This document shows, one piece after another, positions 19,298 to 28,899 of a stretch of DNA of 64,000 bases. The DNA is taken from positions 1 through 64,000 of the IMG/VR virus record IMGVR_UViG_3300030103_004672; one strand, written 5' to 3'. Source of the DNA: a virus. Positions within the stretch are counted from its first letter, which is position 1. Every line of letters starts with the position of its first letter. Made by a program: the position numbers and the translations under genes. The notes below the pieces were generated by a model. It was given only the letters and a program-made list of their open reading frames with translations. It was not told the origin of the DNA and did not search any database.

Positions 19298-20569
19298 ATG
19301 AAATACATCCAATTATTTGAAAATTGGCTGGCCTCAAAAAGCCAGCCTTTTTTGTTTGAGGGCGGAGCAGCTGGGCATATGATGCATCCGTTTGACGACA
19401 AGGAATTGACATTTGGCGATTTTAAAAACATGATAGACTATGGTCTACAGGGTCGTCTTGACTTTGAAGAAGAGCCGACAGAAAAAACAGATGGCCAAAA
19501 CGTTTTTGCTACAATCCAAGATGGCAAAGTAAAATTTGCTAGAAATAAGGGAGATCTAAAAAGACCGATGTCTTTAGGTCAATTTACTCAAAAATTTGCA
19601 AACCATCCATCAGAGCAAGTTAGAGACACGTTTACATTTGCCGCAAACGATTTAGCAAGCATGTTAACAAGATTGCCTAAAGATGTGCAAGATAAAGTTT
19701 TTAACAACGGTAAGGATTTTATGAATATGGAGTTAATATATTCACTAAATCCAAATGTTATTAATTACGATAAGGACGTAATAGAATTTCACGGCATTAA
19801 GAAGACTGATGGAAATGGAAATATAATTGGTGAAGATACTAAGGCAGCTAGTGAAATAGCACAAATACTAAAAAGACTAGAAGCCAATGTAGGTAAAACA
19901 TTTTCTGTGATTCCACCAACTAGAATTAAGTTGATGAAAGATGTAAATTATGCAGCTAACAAAGCTGACTTGGTAAACAGAGTTGAATCATTAAGAAAAA
20001 AATATAACCTAAAAGACACAGATCCTGTTTCTAAATACCATGAGCAATGGTGGATGGATCTAATAAATAAAGACTTTCCAGATTTAGACGATGATGTTAA
20101 ATTAGGTTTAATGCAAAGGTGGGCATATGGTGACAAGAAATCTTTGGACATGAGATCCCTGAAATCTAGGGTATCTCCTGTAGACTTTGAAGCAATTAAA
20201 AATTTAGATAAAACTGATTTGCGAAGAAAGCAAAAAGAAAACATCGGCCCGTTTGAAGATATTTTTCTAAACCTAGGTGCTCGAATAATCTCTAATGCTG
20301 AAGATTTCTTAACAGCGAATCCAACTGAAGAAGCAAAAAGGCTCAGATCATCTATTAGTGCTGCCGCTAAAAATCTCAGAAAGGGTGGCAGTGAGCAGCA
20401 AATTGCAAGATTAGAAGATGAGCTAGCTAGGTTAGAAAAGTTAGGAGGCATAGAAATGGTTTATCCTACAGAAGGAATTGTTTTTAAATACAAAGGTAAA
20501 ACATATAAGCTTACTGGAAGCTTTGCGGCTATAAACCAATTATTAGGAATACTAAGATACGGAAGGTAA
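19298..20569 (+). CDS. ATP-dependent ligase/RNA-ligase-like nucleotidyltransferase (DUF6267-like)
   Basis: GGAAGHMMH; motif I EKTDG; motif IV EGIVFK; motif V YKLTG. Confidence 0.7.
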   Translation: MKYIQLFENWLASKSQPFLFEGGAAGHMMHPFDDKELTFGDFKNMIDYGLQGRLDFEEEPTEKTDGQNVFATIQDGKVKFARNKGDLKRPMSLGQFTQKFANHPSEQVRDTFTFAANDLASMLTRLPKDVQDKVFNNGKDFMNMELIYSLNPNVINYDKDVIEFHGIKKTDGNGNIIGEDTKAASEIAQILKRLEANVGKTFSVIPPTRIKLMKDVNYAANKADLVNRVESLRKKYNLKDTDPVSKYHEQWWMDLINKDFPDLDDDVKLGLMQRWAYGDKKSLDMRSLKSRVSPVDFEAIKNLDKTDLRRKQKENIGPFEDIFLNLGARIISNAEDFLTANPTEEAKRLRSSISAAAKNLRKGGSEQQIARLEDELARLEKLGGIEMVYPTEGIVFKYKGKTYKLTGSFAAINQLLGILRYGR

Positions 20570-20577
20570 ATAAATAA
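20569..20577 (+). promoter_or_regulatory. Putative late promoter AATAAATAA
   Basis: Recurrent motif, 4 nt before the ATG. Confidence 0.5.
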
Positions 20578-20581
20578 AGTA

Positions 20582-23410
20582 ATGAAAGAATTAAATCAAG
20601 TTTATAAGGATAAAGGTCGTGAATTTGTTAATAATCTTTTAGATGATTATCTTATCGTTACCGAAAAATTGTCAGGATCTAGTTTCTCTTTTGAAAGAGA
20701 TGGTTTTGACTTAGTATTCTATAAGGGCAATGGTGCAAGACGAATCAATCAGGTCGATAGAACTATGATGATGTACTACGAAGGCCCTATTAATTATTTA
20801 GAAAGGGCAACTGCTGATATCCTTGTAACATTACCTGAAAACTGGATTTTCTGCTTTCAGTATTTTGTGCATAATGAACCAGGAGTTGTAAAATACGACG
20901 AACTACCAAAAAATAATTTAGTACTAACACATATTTTAGTCAAGGGGCTTGGTGGCAAAATTGCTAAAGTTATAGATGACCCTAGAGTAATAAACGATTG
21001 GGCTAATGTTTTAGATGTAACTGCAATTAGGCCATTTTTCATGGGGAGACTAAGTGAAGAACAAAAGAAAAAGGTAAGAGAGTTTGTAGCTTTGCCAGTA
21101 GATGATCAGGAGGCTGCGTTTGGAACTGATTCATTTGTACAATACTTATTAAGCATTTTAGACAACGATGTAAATAGAACTACATTACAGACAAGTCTAA
21201 GAAAACCAATTGATTCATTAGTATTCAAATTCGTTAAGCCAGGAGGAGAGACTGCGTTCTCTGCAAAGGTTGTAGATCCATACACTAGGCACATAATGAA
21301 GAGCAAAGCTCCTGTTGATCTAAAAAGAATGCCAAAGGATATAAATGAAATATTATTATTAGATTTCTTAGCGTTTGTAGAAGAGCGAGGCATAAAGTCT
21401 GCAGATGTAATGAGCTCAGAGCCTGATAAGAGATATGTTGAGCTTATCTCCTCATTATTCAATGATTATGTAAAAAATCGTGGTGAATCTATTAAGGATA
21501 TGGATTTTGAGAAAGCTGATTTTGCGAAAGGTGATGAATTTAACTTAAACATTGATGCAATAAACAATGAAGACACTAAAAAATTAGTTAACTCAAATGA
21601 TGCATATGGGTCTCTGTACAAGATACTGCTAGGATCACTTAGGAAACATCGAAAGAAGCCAGGAAGTGTAATGACTCCAACTGTTGTTAAAGATTTTAAT
21701 AGCATGGTTGATAAGATCCAAAATATAACAGGTAAGGTTAAACAGGATGATACAATTAAAACTTTCAGCGATTATTTAGGTTTAAAGGCAATAGATGAGT
21801 CTGACAAAAAGCCGATTGATGAAATGATCATGGAGGAGTATATTAGTTCTTATGATGAATTTATAACAGAAGCGTTGAGAGTTCCTCATAAGGAACAGGG
21901 CAAAAAGCCAGTGAATGTATTTGTTGGCAGGTTCCAGCCTTTTACAAATGGCCACGTCAAGGTTTTTGAAGCTCTCCATAGAAAGAATGGATTGCCTGTA
22001 GTTGTAATGACTGTCAGAAGCGGTAAGGTTGATGATAGAAGACCTTTTTCTGAACAAGACCAGCAGGCATTATTCGCTAAACTCCAAAGACAGTATCCAT
22101 TTCTAGAAGCAATGCATATTCTGCCAAATGCTGCTATCGATTCAGTATTTGCATCAGTTAGACCAGCATACGAGCCAGTCTTATGGGGATATGGCACAGA
22201 TAGAAAAGCATCATATGAAGGCATGATCAATAAGCCTACATACAGAGAACAGCTTGGAGTAACAGATGAGTTTAAAGGTTATGAAATACCAAGATCAGGG
22301 CAGGCTGTATCTGCAACACAGGTAAGAGATGCGATAAAACGAGATGATGAGAAAATGTACAGAAAGCTAACACCAAAAAGCTTACATGATTCATACCAAT
22401 ACTTAAAAACTATATTAACACCAGTTTTAGCAGAAGAAGCTGAAGAAGATTTTGATGCTGAAGTTAGAGTTATAAACGAGGGCACTGAGAGAAATTATAT
22501 GGTTTTAGCCCAATCTTCAAGAAAGGAAGATAAAGATAAACTATATAATATGATCAACAAGGATCTTTTTGGTGGTAAGGCTCCATTCCAGAGAATCTCT
22601 CTTAAAAACTTTAGCAATGGAACAATATCTCAGGTTGATAGGCTTCTAAAGTCAAATCCGTCTGCAGCAACTAAATTGTGCAATCTAGGGGCAGATGTAA
22701 CTGGAATTGGGCGTGGTGAAATTATGCTTGCATACATAGTAGAAAACTGCGGAATCGGTGGAGGCTCACAAGATATTGATTTAACTCTTTACAACCAAAG
22801 AGGAGGGGTTCTTGACCAGTCGGAGCTAAAAGAGGCACGCCTAGGAAAGGACGGATATTTCTCTGACTGGAGAACTGGTGCAAAGCATAGGCCATATGTA
22901 AACGCTGCAAAAGACGATTTACAGGCATTGTACAAAGCACTAAAGGATGTTCTACCTGAACTAGATCCTAAAACGCCGGTTGGTGCGGACATTCAATCAA
23001 AAATGGCAAGAGGCGAAGGTGCTGCATTTATAAAGCTTGTTAGAGACATGGACCCTGTGGAAGTTGCTGCCCCGCTGAGATTCGAAGTACAAGTCACACC
23101 TGACGGTGAGCTTGTAATTTCTAAGGAAGGTGGAGACACTTTGGGAGACTTATCAAACAAGGCAACCCTAAACAGTTTAAAACAGTTATTATCCGGTCAA
23201 AACAAACAGAGCTATAAGTCTTTTAAAGATATTGAGGCTGAGCTCGCAGCTGGCTTTGGATCTATAATTGAAAAATTTGTTTTTGTCCAAACTGACAGTG
23301 CAAAGAGATTTAAAGGCGTATACTTTAAAAACAACTTATCGTCTGATCCTAATGAAACAAAGATCGTTAGTTTAACAGGTGGCACGGTTAAGGTTAAAGT
23401 TAAAGCATAA
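20582..23410 (+). CDS. Multidomain protein: degenerate ligase-like domain, HIGH-family (cytidylyltransferase/NMNAT-like) nucleotidyltransferase, and PD-(D/E)xK-like domain
   Basis: TEKLSG and DSLVFK; GRFQPFTNGH and VSATQVR; GRGE...DIDL...ELKE. Confidence 0.65.
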   Translation: MKELNQVYKDKGREFVNNLLDDYLIVTEKLSGSSFSFERDGFDLVFYKGNGARRINQVDRTMMMYYEGPINYLERATADILVTLPENWIFCFQYFVHNEPGVVKYDELPKNNLVLTHILVKGLGGKIAKVIDDPRVINDWANVLDVTAIRPFFMGRLSEEQKKKVREFVALPVDDQEAAFGTDSFVQYLLSILDNDVNRTTLQTSLRKPIDSLVFKFVKPGGETAFSAKVVDPYTRHIMKSKAPVDLKRMPKDINEILLLDFLAFVEERGIKSADVMSSEPDKRYVELISSLFNDYVKNRGESIKDMDFEKADFAKGDEFNLNIDAINNEDTKKLVNSNDAYGSLYKILLGSLRKHRKKPGSVMTPTVVKDFNSMVDKIQNITGKVKQDDTIKTFSDYLGLKAIDESDKKPIDEMIMEEYISSYDEFITEALRVPHKEQGKKPVNVFVGRFQPFTNGHVKVFEALHRKNGLPVVVMTVRSGKVDDRRPFSEQDQQALFAKLQRQYPFLEAMHILPNAAIDSVFASVRPAYEPVLWGYGTDRKASYEGMINKPTYREQLGVTDEFKGYEIPRSGQAVSATQVRDAIKRDDEKMYRKLTPKSLHDSYQYLKTILTPVLAEEAEEDFDAEVRVINEGTERNYMVLAQSSRKEDKDKLYNMINKDLFGGKAPFQRISLKNFSNGTISQVDRLLKSNPSAATKLCNLGADVTGIGRGEIMLAYIVENCGIGGGSQDIDLTLYNQRGGVLDQSELKEARLGKDGYFSDWRTGAKHRPYVNAAKDDLQALYKALKDVLPELDPKTPVGADIQSKMARGEGAAFIKLVRDMDPVEVAAPLRFEVQVTPDGELVISKEGGDTLGDLSNKATLNSLKQLLSGQNKQSYKSFKDIEAELAAGFGSIIEKFVFVQTDSAKRFKGVYFKNNLSSDPNETKIVSLTGGTVKVKVKA

Positions 23411-23422
23411 AAAAATATTACC

Positions 23423-23737
23423 ATGAAGCATATTCTAGAAATGAATGATTTTTTGAATGAAAAAAGAGTAGTTGTTAAGAGAAGATATACTGAAAAACAT
23501 CCCGCAAGGCAAGTTTCTACTGCGGCTAGAATCAGAAATACTGTTTTAGAAGCAATTGCAGACGGCGTAATCACAGAAGAAGAGCTAAAAACTATTTTAT
23601 CACAGTTAGAAGCAAACTCACGATGGCTGAGTAGGAATACTAATTTATTTAATATAGATGAAGACGAAACAGGTGTGAAGAGATTTACATTATCACCTTA
23701 TGGACACCGTGTTAGAACTAGAACAATAGAGTCGTAA
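23423..23737 (+). CDS. Putative internal protein with a possible winged-helix domain
   Basis: N-terminus MKHILEMNDFLNE; wing-like FTLSPYG ending. Confidence 0.5.
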   Translation: MKHILEMNDFLNEKRVVVKRRYTEKHPARQVSTAARIRNTVLEAIADGVITEEELKTILSQLEANSRWLSRNTNLFNIDEDETGVKRFTLSPYGHRVRTRTIES

Positions 23738-23738
23738 A

Positions 23739-24140
23739 ATGCCAGCACTTTCTAAAACACAGCAAAGACTGATGGGAACTGCTTATGCAGTCAAGAATGG
23801 AGATCTAGACCTTAAGTCTGTTGATGCAGAGTACAGGGACAAAATCAAGGATCTTGTTGATGGCATGACGTTGAAGCAACTAAAAGATTTTGCAGAAACC
23901 AAACATGAAGGATTACCAGAAGTAAAAGAAACTGTAGCTCATTTAAACCCTAACATGAATGTCCAAAGCATGGGTGAACCTTCTGTACCAGGTAACCCAG
24001 GGCTAATGAATGACTTTGTGTCTCAACAAACTGGAAGTGGCGACCTACTTTCGACAAAAGATGTTAAAAAAGTTAAGAAAAAGAAAAAGAAAAAGAGCTG
24101 GTTAATGACTTTTGAGCAGTTTAACAATAAAAACATATAG
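23739..24140 (+). CDS. DUF3008-like protein
   Basis: MPALSKTQQRLMG...MTLKQLKDFAETKHEGLP; poly-Lys near the C-terminus. Confidence 0.65.
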   Translation: MPALSKTQQRLMGTAYAVKNGDLDLKSVDAEYRDKIKDLVDGMTLKQLKDFAETKHEGLPEVKETVAHLNPNMNVQSMGEPSVPGNPGLMNDFVSQQTGSGDLLSTKDVKKVKKKKKKKSWLMTFEQFNNKNI

Positions 24141-24142
24141 AG

Positions 24143-25264
24143 ATGGCAATTAAATCTAAATTCGAGATTAAAAACTTATTTCAAACTGGCGGTGTATTAA
24201 CATCATCAAGCATGAACGAGTTAATTGATGCTAGTTATAATCCTACTATAATTGCCGGTGATAATATAACAATTTCAACAATAAACACACCCGGTGGGTC
24301 AGAGATTACTATAAATTCAACTGGCGGTGGCGGCGGTGGAGGTCAAATGACCCCTGCTGAAGTTAGAGCAGCAGTTGAAGCTGCTGATAATTCAAATGTG
24401 TTTACAGATGCAAACCTCACAAAGCTTAATGGTATTGAAGCATTAGCGGATGTGACAGATGTAGCAAATGTTACAACAGCATTAAATAGCATCTCGGTTA
24501 CTGAGCTAAATGATGTAACTGCTGCAGGGTCGGGATCAATAATCACAACAGGCGAGAGGACAAAATTATCGGGTATTGACACTGGCGCAAATAACTATTC
24601 GTTCGATATAAGCGTAGACAGTGGAACCGCAGAGACTATAGATAATAACGATACTGTAGATTTCATTTCTGGAAACGGTATAACAATAAGTAACTCGGGA
24701 GCAGATGTTACTGTAAAAACCGTGTCAGACACTCATCAGAGGTATACGGCTGGAAACGAAGACTTGGTATTTCTAACTCACCAAGACTTTAATATGGTAA
24801 GTATAACAACAGCAGCAGGTAGTGGATTTCCTTCTACTTATGATGACGGCCCGGTGCAACGAAATAATACTGATATTAGTTCACTACTTTTTTCTGGAGG
24901 TGAAGAAGATGTTTTGTATGCTAGTTACGTGATACCGGCAGGTTTTAATGTAACTAGAGTTGGTGTATTTGGAAACAACCCTGAGAACAGTGCTACATTT
25001 ATGGTAAAAACCTCAAACGTTATAGGTTCAGGTGCGGATAATGCATTTGAAGCAAATAAGCAAGTTTTAACATCAACCCCTACTACATTTGCGGCATTCA
25101 AGGCAGCAGCGTACCAAACTGGTGCGGAAGAGTCTACAGTGCCATCTGCTCCATTTCCAACCAACCCGACTGAAACTACTATCAAAGGCAACTATATAAA
25201 TATTCAGGTCTATAATCCTGGCAGAATTTTTGGAGCTGTTATTCACTTAACTAGAATTACATAG
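24143..25264 (+). CDS. Tail fibre-like structural protein
   Basis: AGDNITI, poly-Gly hinge, and TKLNGIEALADVTD / TKLSGIDTGANNY fibre repeats. Confidence 0.6.
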   Translation: MAIKSKFEIKNLFQTGGVLTSSSMNELIDASYNPTIIAGDNITISTINTPGGSEITINSTGGGGGGGQMTPAEVRAAVEAADNSNVFTDANLTKLNGIEALADVTDVANVTTALNSISVTELNDVTAAGSGSIITTGERTKLSGIDTGANNYSFDISVDSGTAETIDNNDTVDFISGNGITISNSGADVTVKTVSDTHQRYTAGNEDLVFLTHQDFNMVSITTAAGSGFPSTYDDGPVQRNNTDISSLLFSGGEEDVLYASYVIPAGFNVTRVGVFGNNPENSATFMVKTSNVIGSGADNAFEANKQVLTSTPTTFAAFKAAAYQTGAEESTVPSAPFPTNPTETTIKGNYINIQVYNPGRIFGAVIHLTRIT

Positions 25265-25267
25265 TAA

Positions 25268-25906
25268 ATGTTAAAATATACTAACGACGAATTAGGTAAG
25301 AGTATCCTGATCGACTCGAATGGTGAACAAGTAATGATGGAATGGGAAAAGCCATACATGGAAGCATGTATTGATTTTCTTGAACCAAAAGGAGATGTTT
25401 TAGAGATAGGATTTGGTATGGGTTATTCTGCTACTCAGATTCAAAAACATACCCCTAAGTCATACACTATTGTAGAGTGTGATCCTGTTGTGATTGAAAA
25501 ATGTAAAGAATGGGCTAAACAATATGATAATGTAACTATCATAGAAGCCCGATGGCAAGAAGTAATTACAACTGATAGATTAGGTAAATATGACGAAGTA
25601 TTCTTTGATGATTTTCCTAACGATATTGAATACAAATCCGAATTAGAGTATTACAACGTAAATACAAGATTCCATCTTTTTATTGACTTCTTACGAATGC
25701 ATCATCTAAAGCCTAACGCCAAAATATCTGGATATCTTTGCAAAGGTGAGAGCATGCAAAAAAACAAATATTGGAAGCATAAGTATATCGATAATAATGC
25801 CTGGGACTACAAAGAGAAAATTATTGATATCGAGGTGAGTAAAATACAAAAGTATCATAATTCTGTAAATAAAGCAGTGATACCTCTCTTAACATACAAA
25901 TTGTAG
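25268..25906 (+). CDS. Class I SAM-dependent methyltransferase (GAMT/RMT2-like)
   Basis: VMMEWEKPYM, VLEIGFGMG, IVECDP, YDEVFFD. Confidence 0.8.
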   Translation: MLKYTNDELGKSILIDSNGEQVMMEWEKPYMEACIDFLEPKGDVLEIGFGMGYSATQIQKHTPKSYTIVECDPVVIEKCKEWAKQYDNVTIIEARWQEVITTDRLGKYDEVFFDDFPNDIEYKSELEYYNVNTRFHLFIDFLRMHHLKPNAKISGYLCKGESMQKNKYWKHKYIDNNAWDYKEKIIDIEVSKIQKYHNSVNKAVIPLLTYKL

Positions 25907-25934
25907 TAAACATTATCGAATGCCAGTGTATAAA
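25907..25934 (+). promoter_or_regulatory. Putative middle promoter TAAACA-N16-TATAAA
   Basis: Conserved bipartite motif. Confidence 0.7.
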
Positions 25935-25944
25935 AAGTAAAACA

Positions 25945-26409
25945 ATGGCAAATACAGATAATAAATGTGCTAATCTAGAAGTACAAGATCATCACAAACA
26001 TGCCGAAGATACATTTGGTTTAATTTATGACAAACAGCGAGAGCTCCAAGAAAGGTTAGGGTTTGATTTCTCTAATTATACTCTTAAGGACGTTGCTGAT
26101 TTTTGGTTTGTTAACAAACATGCTTTAGATGATGAAATGGGCGAAATGTTCGATGCACTTGGTGGTGTAAATGACGGTATAGCTAATGCAGCATGGAAGT
26201 ATTGGAAGAAAGATAATTCGAAGGCATCAAAAATGTCTGTTAAAGATCTTTCAGAAGCTGACCGCCTTGAGTTATATTATGAATGGATTGACGGTTTGCA
26301 TTTCTACATGAACTTTGCGATTGCACTAGGCATGACAAGCAAAGACATCGTAAATTTATACATGGCAAAGAATGCAGAAAATTTTGACAGACAAGAAAGA
26401 GGTTATTAA
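25945..26409 (+). CDS. All-alpha dNTP pyrophosphatase (dimeric dUTPase/gp56-like)
   Basis: Q.ELQ, DEMGE, WKYWK, EWIDGLHF, YMAKNAENFDRQERGY. Confidence 0.85.
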   Translation: MANTDNKCANLEVQDHHKHAEDTFGLIYDKQRELQERLGFDFSNYTLKDVADFWFVNKHALDDEMGEMFDALGGVNDGIANAAWKYWKKDNSKASKMSVKDLSEADRLELYYEWIDGLHFYMNFAIALGMTSKDIVNLYMAKNAENFDRQERGY

Positions 26410-26412
26410 TAT

Positions 26413-27816
26413 ATGCTATTAGATGTTTCGCAGGAAGACGGTAACTTGATCGTATCGTACTATAATTTTGAAGGTAAGACTAGATTTAAACATTACGAAT
26501 TAACATCAAAGGATTTGTACAATTGGTATCCATGTGATGCAAGTGATAAAAGAGCAGATCTTAAGATGAAGAACTGGGATGGTACACCAGTTAGAAAGGG
26601 TCGTACAAAGCATCTTAATAAGTATCGTGTTATTGAATACTTAGAGAACATACCTGAGCAAGATAAGAAGACTATATTCGGATATGATTTTCCTAAGACA
26701 TATTTTATTGATATCGAAGTTGAAGTAACTGATAGTTTCCCAGAACCTGAAAAGGCTGAGAATGCTATTACAGCTATTTGTATAGTAACGCCTGCAAATC
26801 AATGTGTAGTTCTCGCAACACGAGACATTCCAAAGGAGCAATATGGTGCTATTGAAAACCAGATAAATGAACACTTCAAAAGCACTGGTGAGACATTTAC
26901 ATTTGACATGAAATGTTTTAAGTCTGAATACGACATGCTATACACATTTCTTAAGTCATTTGTAAGAAAGTTCCCTATGATGACTGGTTGGAACTTTGTT
27001 AAGTTTGACTGGGCTTACATAGTAAATAGAGCAAAAAAGCTTGGGATAGATGCTTCAATAGCTTCACCCCTTGACAGGTTATTCAGCAACAATAATTATC
27101 CGTCACACGTTGGTGTTATGGATTACATGGAGATATATTCTAAGTGGGACAGAACTGTAAGTATCAAAGATGATCTTAAACTCGATACTGCTGGAGCTGC
27201 TGTACTAGGAATTAAGAAGATAAAGTATGATGGCACACTGCAGGATCTGTACGAGAAAGAATACTCAAAATACATATTTTACAATGCTGTAGATACGGCT
27301 CTAGTACAACTAATCCATAAGAAGATTAAGACGATGGATATTGCGTTGACAATATCACATATGAGTAGGATTAGTATATTTAAAGCTGCCTCACCTGTTG
27401 CAATTACAGAATCTTTGTTATGTAAAGAATTCTTAAAGCAAAACAGAGTTATGGCAACTCTTGATGAGAAGAATACAAAAAGCAGACAGTATGAAGGTGC
27501 ATTTGTAAAACAACCAATAACAGGCATGCATAACTCTGTTGCATGTTTTGACTTTGCATCACTTTATCCATCAATCATGAGACAGATGAATGTCTCTCCT
27601 GAAAGTTTTGTAAAGAAGGTAGACCCTAAACATACGTCTGATGAAATGGCTGATGATAGAATAGTTGCTATAAATGGAGTCGTTTATAAGTCTGAGGAAT
27701 CAATTCTAAAAAGGATTCTTGCAGATCTATATGGTCAGCGTAAAGAATATAAAAAGAAATCTTTCGAATTGCAGCAAAAAGCTTATGACCTCGAAAAAAC
27801 CTTACCAAAAACATAA
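26413..27816 (+). CDS. Family B DNA polymerase, N-terminal fragment (3'-5' exonuclease plus motif A)
   Basis: ExoI DIEVE, ExoII GWNFVKFD, ExoIII YNAVD, YEGAFV, DFASLYPSI; ends in the first fingers helix. Confidence 0.92.
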   Translation: MLLDVSQEDGNLIVSYYNFEGKTRFKHYELTSKDLYNWYPCDASDKRADLKMKNWDGTPVRKGRTKHLNKYRVIEYLENIPEQDKKTIFGYDFPKTYFIDIEVEVTDSFPEPEKAENAITAICIVTPANQCVVLATRDIPKEQYGAIENQINEHFKSTGETFTFDMKCFKSEYDMLYTFLKSFVRKFPMMTGWNFVKFDWAYIVNRAKKLGIDASIASPLDRLFSNNNYPSHVGVMDYMEIYSKWDRTVSIKDDLKLDTAGAAVLGIKKIKYDGTLQDLYEKEYSKYIFYNAVDTALVQLIHKKIKTMDIALTISHMSRISIFKAASPVAITESLLCKEFLKQNRVMATLDEKNTKSRQYEGAFVKQPITGMHNSVACFDFASLYPSIMRQMNVSPESFVKKVDPKHTSDEMADDRIVAINGVVYKSEESILKRILADLYGQRKEYKKKSFELQQKAYDLEKTLPKT

Positions 27817-27844
27817 TTTTACCTTTTACTATCATCTTTAACCT

Positions 27845-27853
27845 GATAGATAA
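27845..27853 (+). promoter_or_regulatory. Possible late-type promoter variant GATAGATAA
   Basis: One mismatch to the recurrent motif; intergenic, before nrdB. Confidence 0.35.
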
Positions 27854-27882
27854 AACTCACAATCAAAAAGAATCACTAATTA

Positions 27883-28884
27883 ATGAGCATACCTAAACTA
27901 TTTGAAGAAAGAATACCGTTCAAGCCATTTGAATTTCAGGAGTATTATACTGACGGTTGGCTAGCCCAGGCACAAGCCTTTTGGTTACATACCGAGATTG
28001 CAATGCAATCTGATATAAAAGACTGGAATGAGAATCTTAGTCCAGAAGAGAAGAATCTTGTGGGCAACATCTTATTAGGATTTGCTCAAACAGAATGCGC
28101 CGTTAGCGATTATTGGACAACCATGGTTACTAAATGGTTTCCAAAGCATGAAATTAAGCAGATGGCAATGATGTTTGGTTCACAGGAAACCATACATGCA
28201 ACTGCCTATTCATACTTAAACGAAACTTTAGGTCTAGAAGATTTCGAGGCATTTTTGCACGAGCCTTCAATTGCAGATAGATTTGAATTGTTGGTTGCAA
28301 CTAAGGCTGACTACACTCATGAAGATCTAGCAATCAGCGAAGAGGCTAGAATCGATGTTGCAAAATCACTCGCAATATTCTCTGCATTTGCTGAAGGCGT
28401 TTCACTGTACTCGTCATTTGCTGTGCTTTACTCTTTTCAGATGCGAAATTTATTAAAAGGTATCGGACAACAGATGAAGTGGTCAGTACGTGACGAGAGT
28501 CTTCATTCAAAAATGGGATGCAAACTATTCAACCATATGTGCACCGAATATCCTGAATTAAGAAGTGAAGTACGTATTAAGGTAGAACAAGCAGCTGCCT
28601 TGATGGTCGAAATGGAGCACAAGTATATAGACAAAATATTTGAATCTGGCGATCTTGAAAATTTAACTGCTAGCGACCTCAAAAATTTTATTTCTAGAAG
28701 AGCAAATGAAAAATTAGTTGAGCTAGGATATGAATCTATTTTTAATTATGACGCAGAAAGTGCGGATAATCTTAATTGGTTCTATCATTTAACAGGAGGT
28801 TTAACACACACTGACTTCTTTGCAATTCGACCTACTGACTATTCTAAGGCTGGAGAGGGCGATGATTGGGATAATGTTTGGTAA
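27883..28884 (+). CDS. nrdB: Ribonucleotide reductase class I beta subunit
   Basis: FWLHTE, ETIHATAY, EGVSLYSSF, RDESLH, DFFA. Confidence 0.95.
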   Translation: MSIPKLFEERIPFKPFEFQEYYTDGWLAQAQAFWLHTEIAMQSDIKDWNENLSPEEKNLVGNILLGFAQTECAVSDYWTTMVTKWFPKHEIKQMAMMFGSQETIHATAYSYLNETLGLEDFEAFLHEPSIADRFELLVATKADYTHEDLAISEEARIDVAKSLAIFSAFAEGVSLYSSFAVLYSFQMRNLLKGIGQQMKWSVRDESLHSKMGCKLFNHMCTEYPELRSEVRIKVEQAAALMVEMEHKYIDKIFESGDLENLTASDLKNFISRRANEKLVELGYESIFNYDAESADNLNWFYHLTGGLTHTDFFAIRPTDYSKAGEGDDWDNVW

Positions 28885-28899
28885 AAAATATATTTAATA

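Noticed and set aside
20582-23410. HIGH nucleotidyltransferase acting as the CMP-Kdo synthetase partner of KdsA
   Set aside because: CMP-Kdo synthetase (KdsB) has a different fold, and this domain sits in the capsid-cargo cluster, so the link is unsupported.
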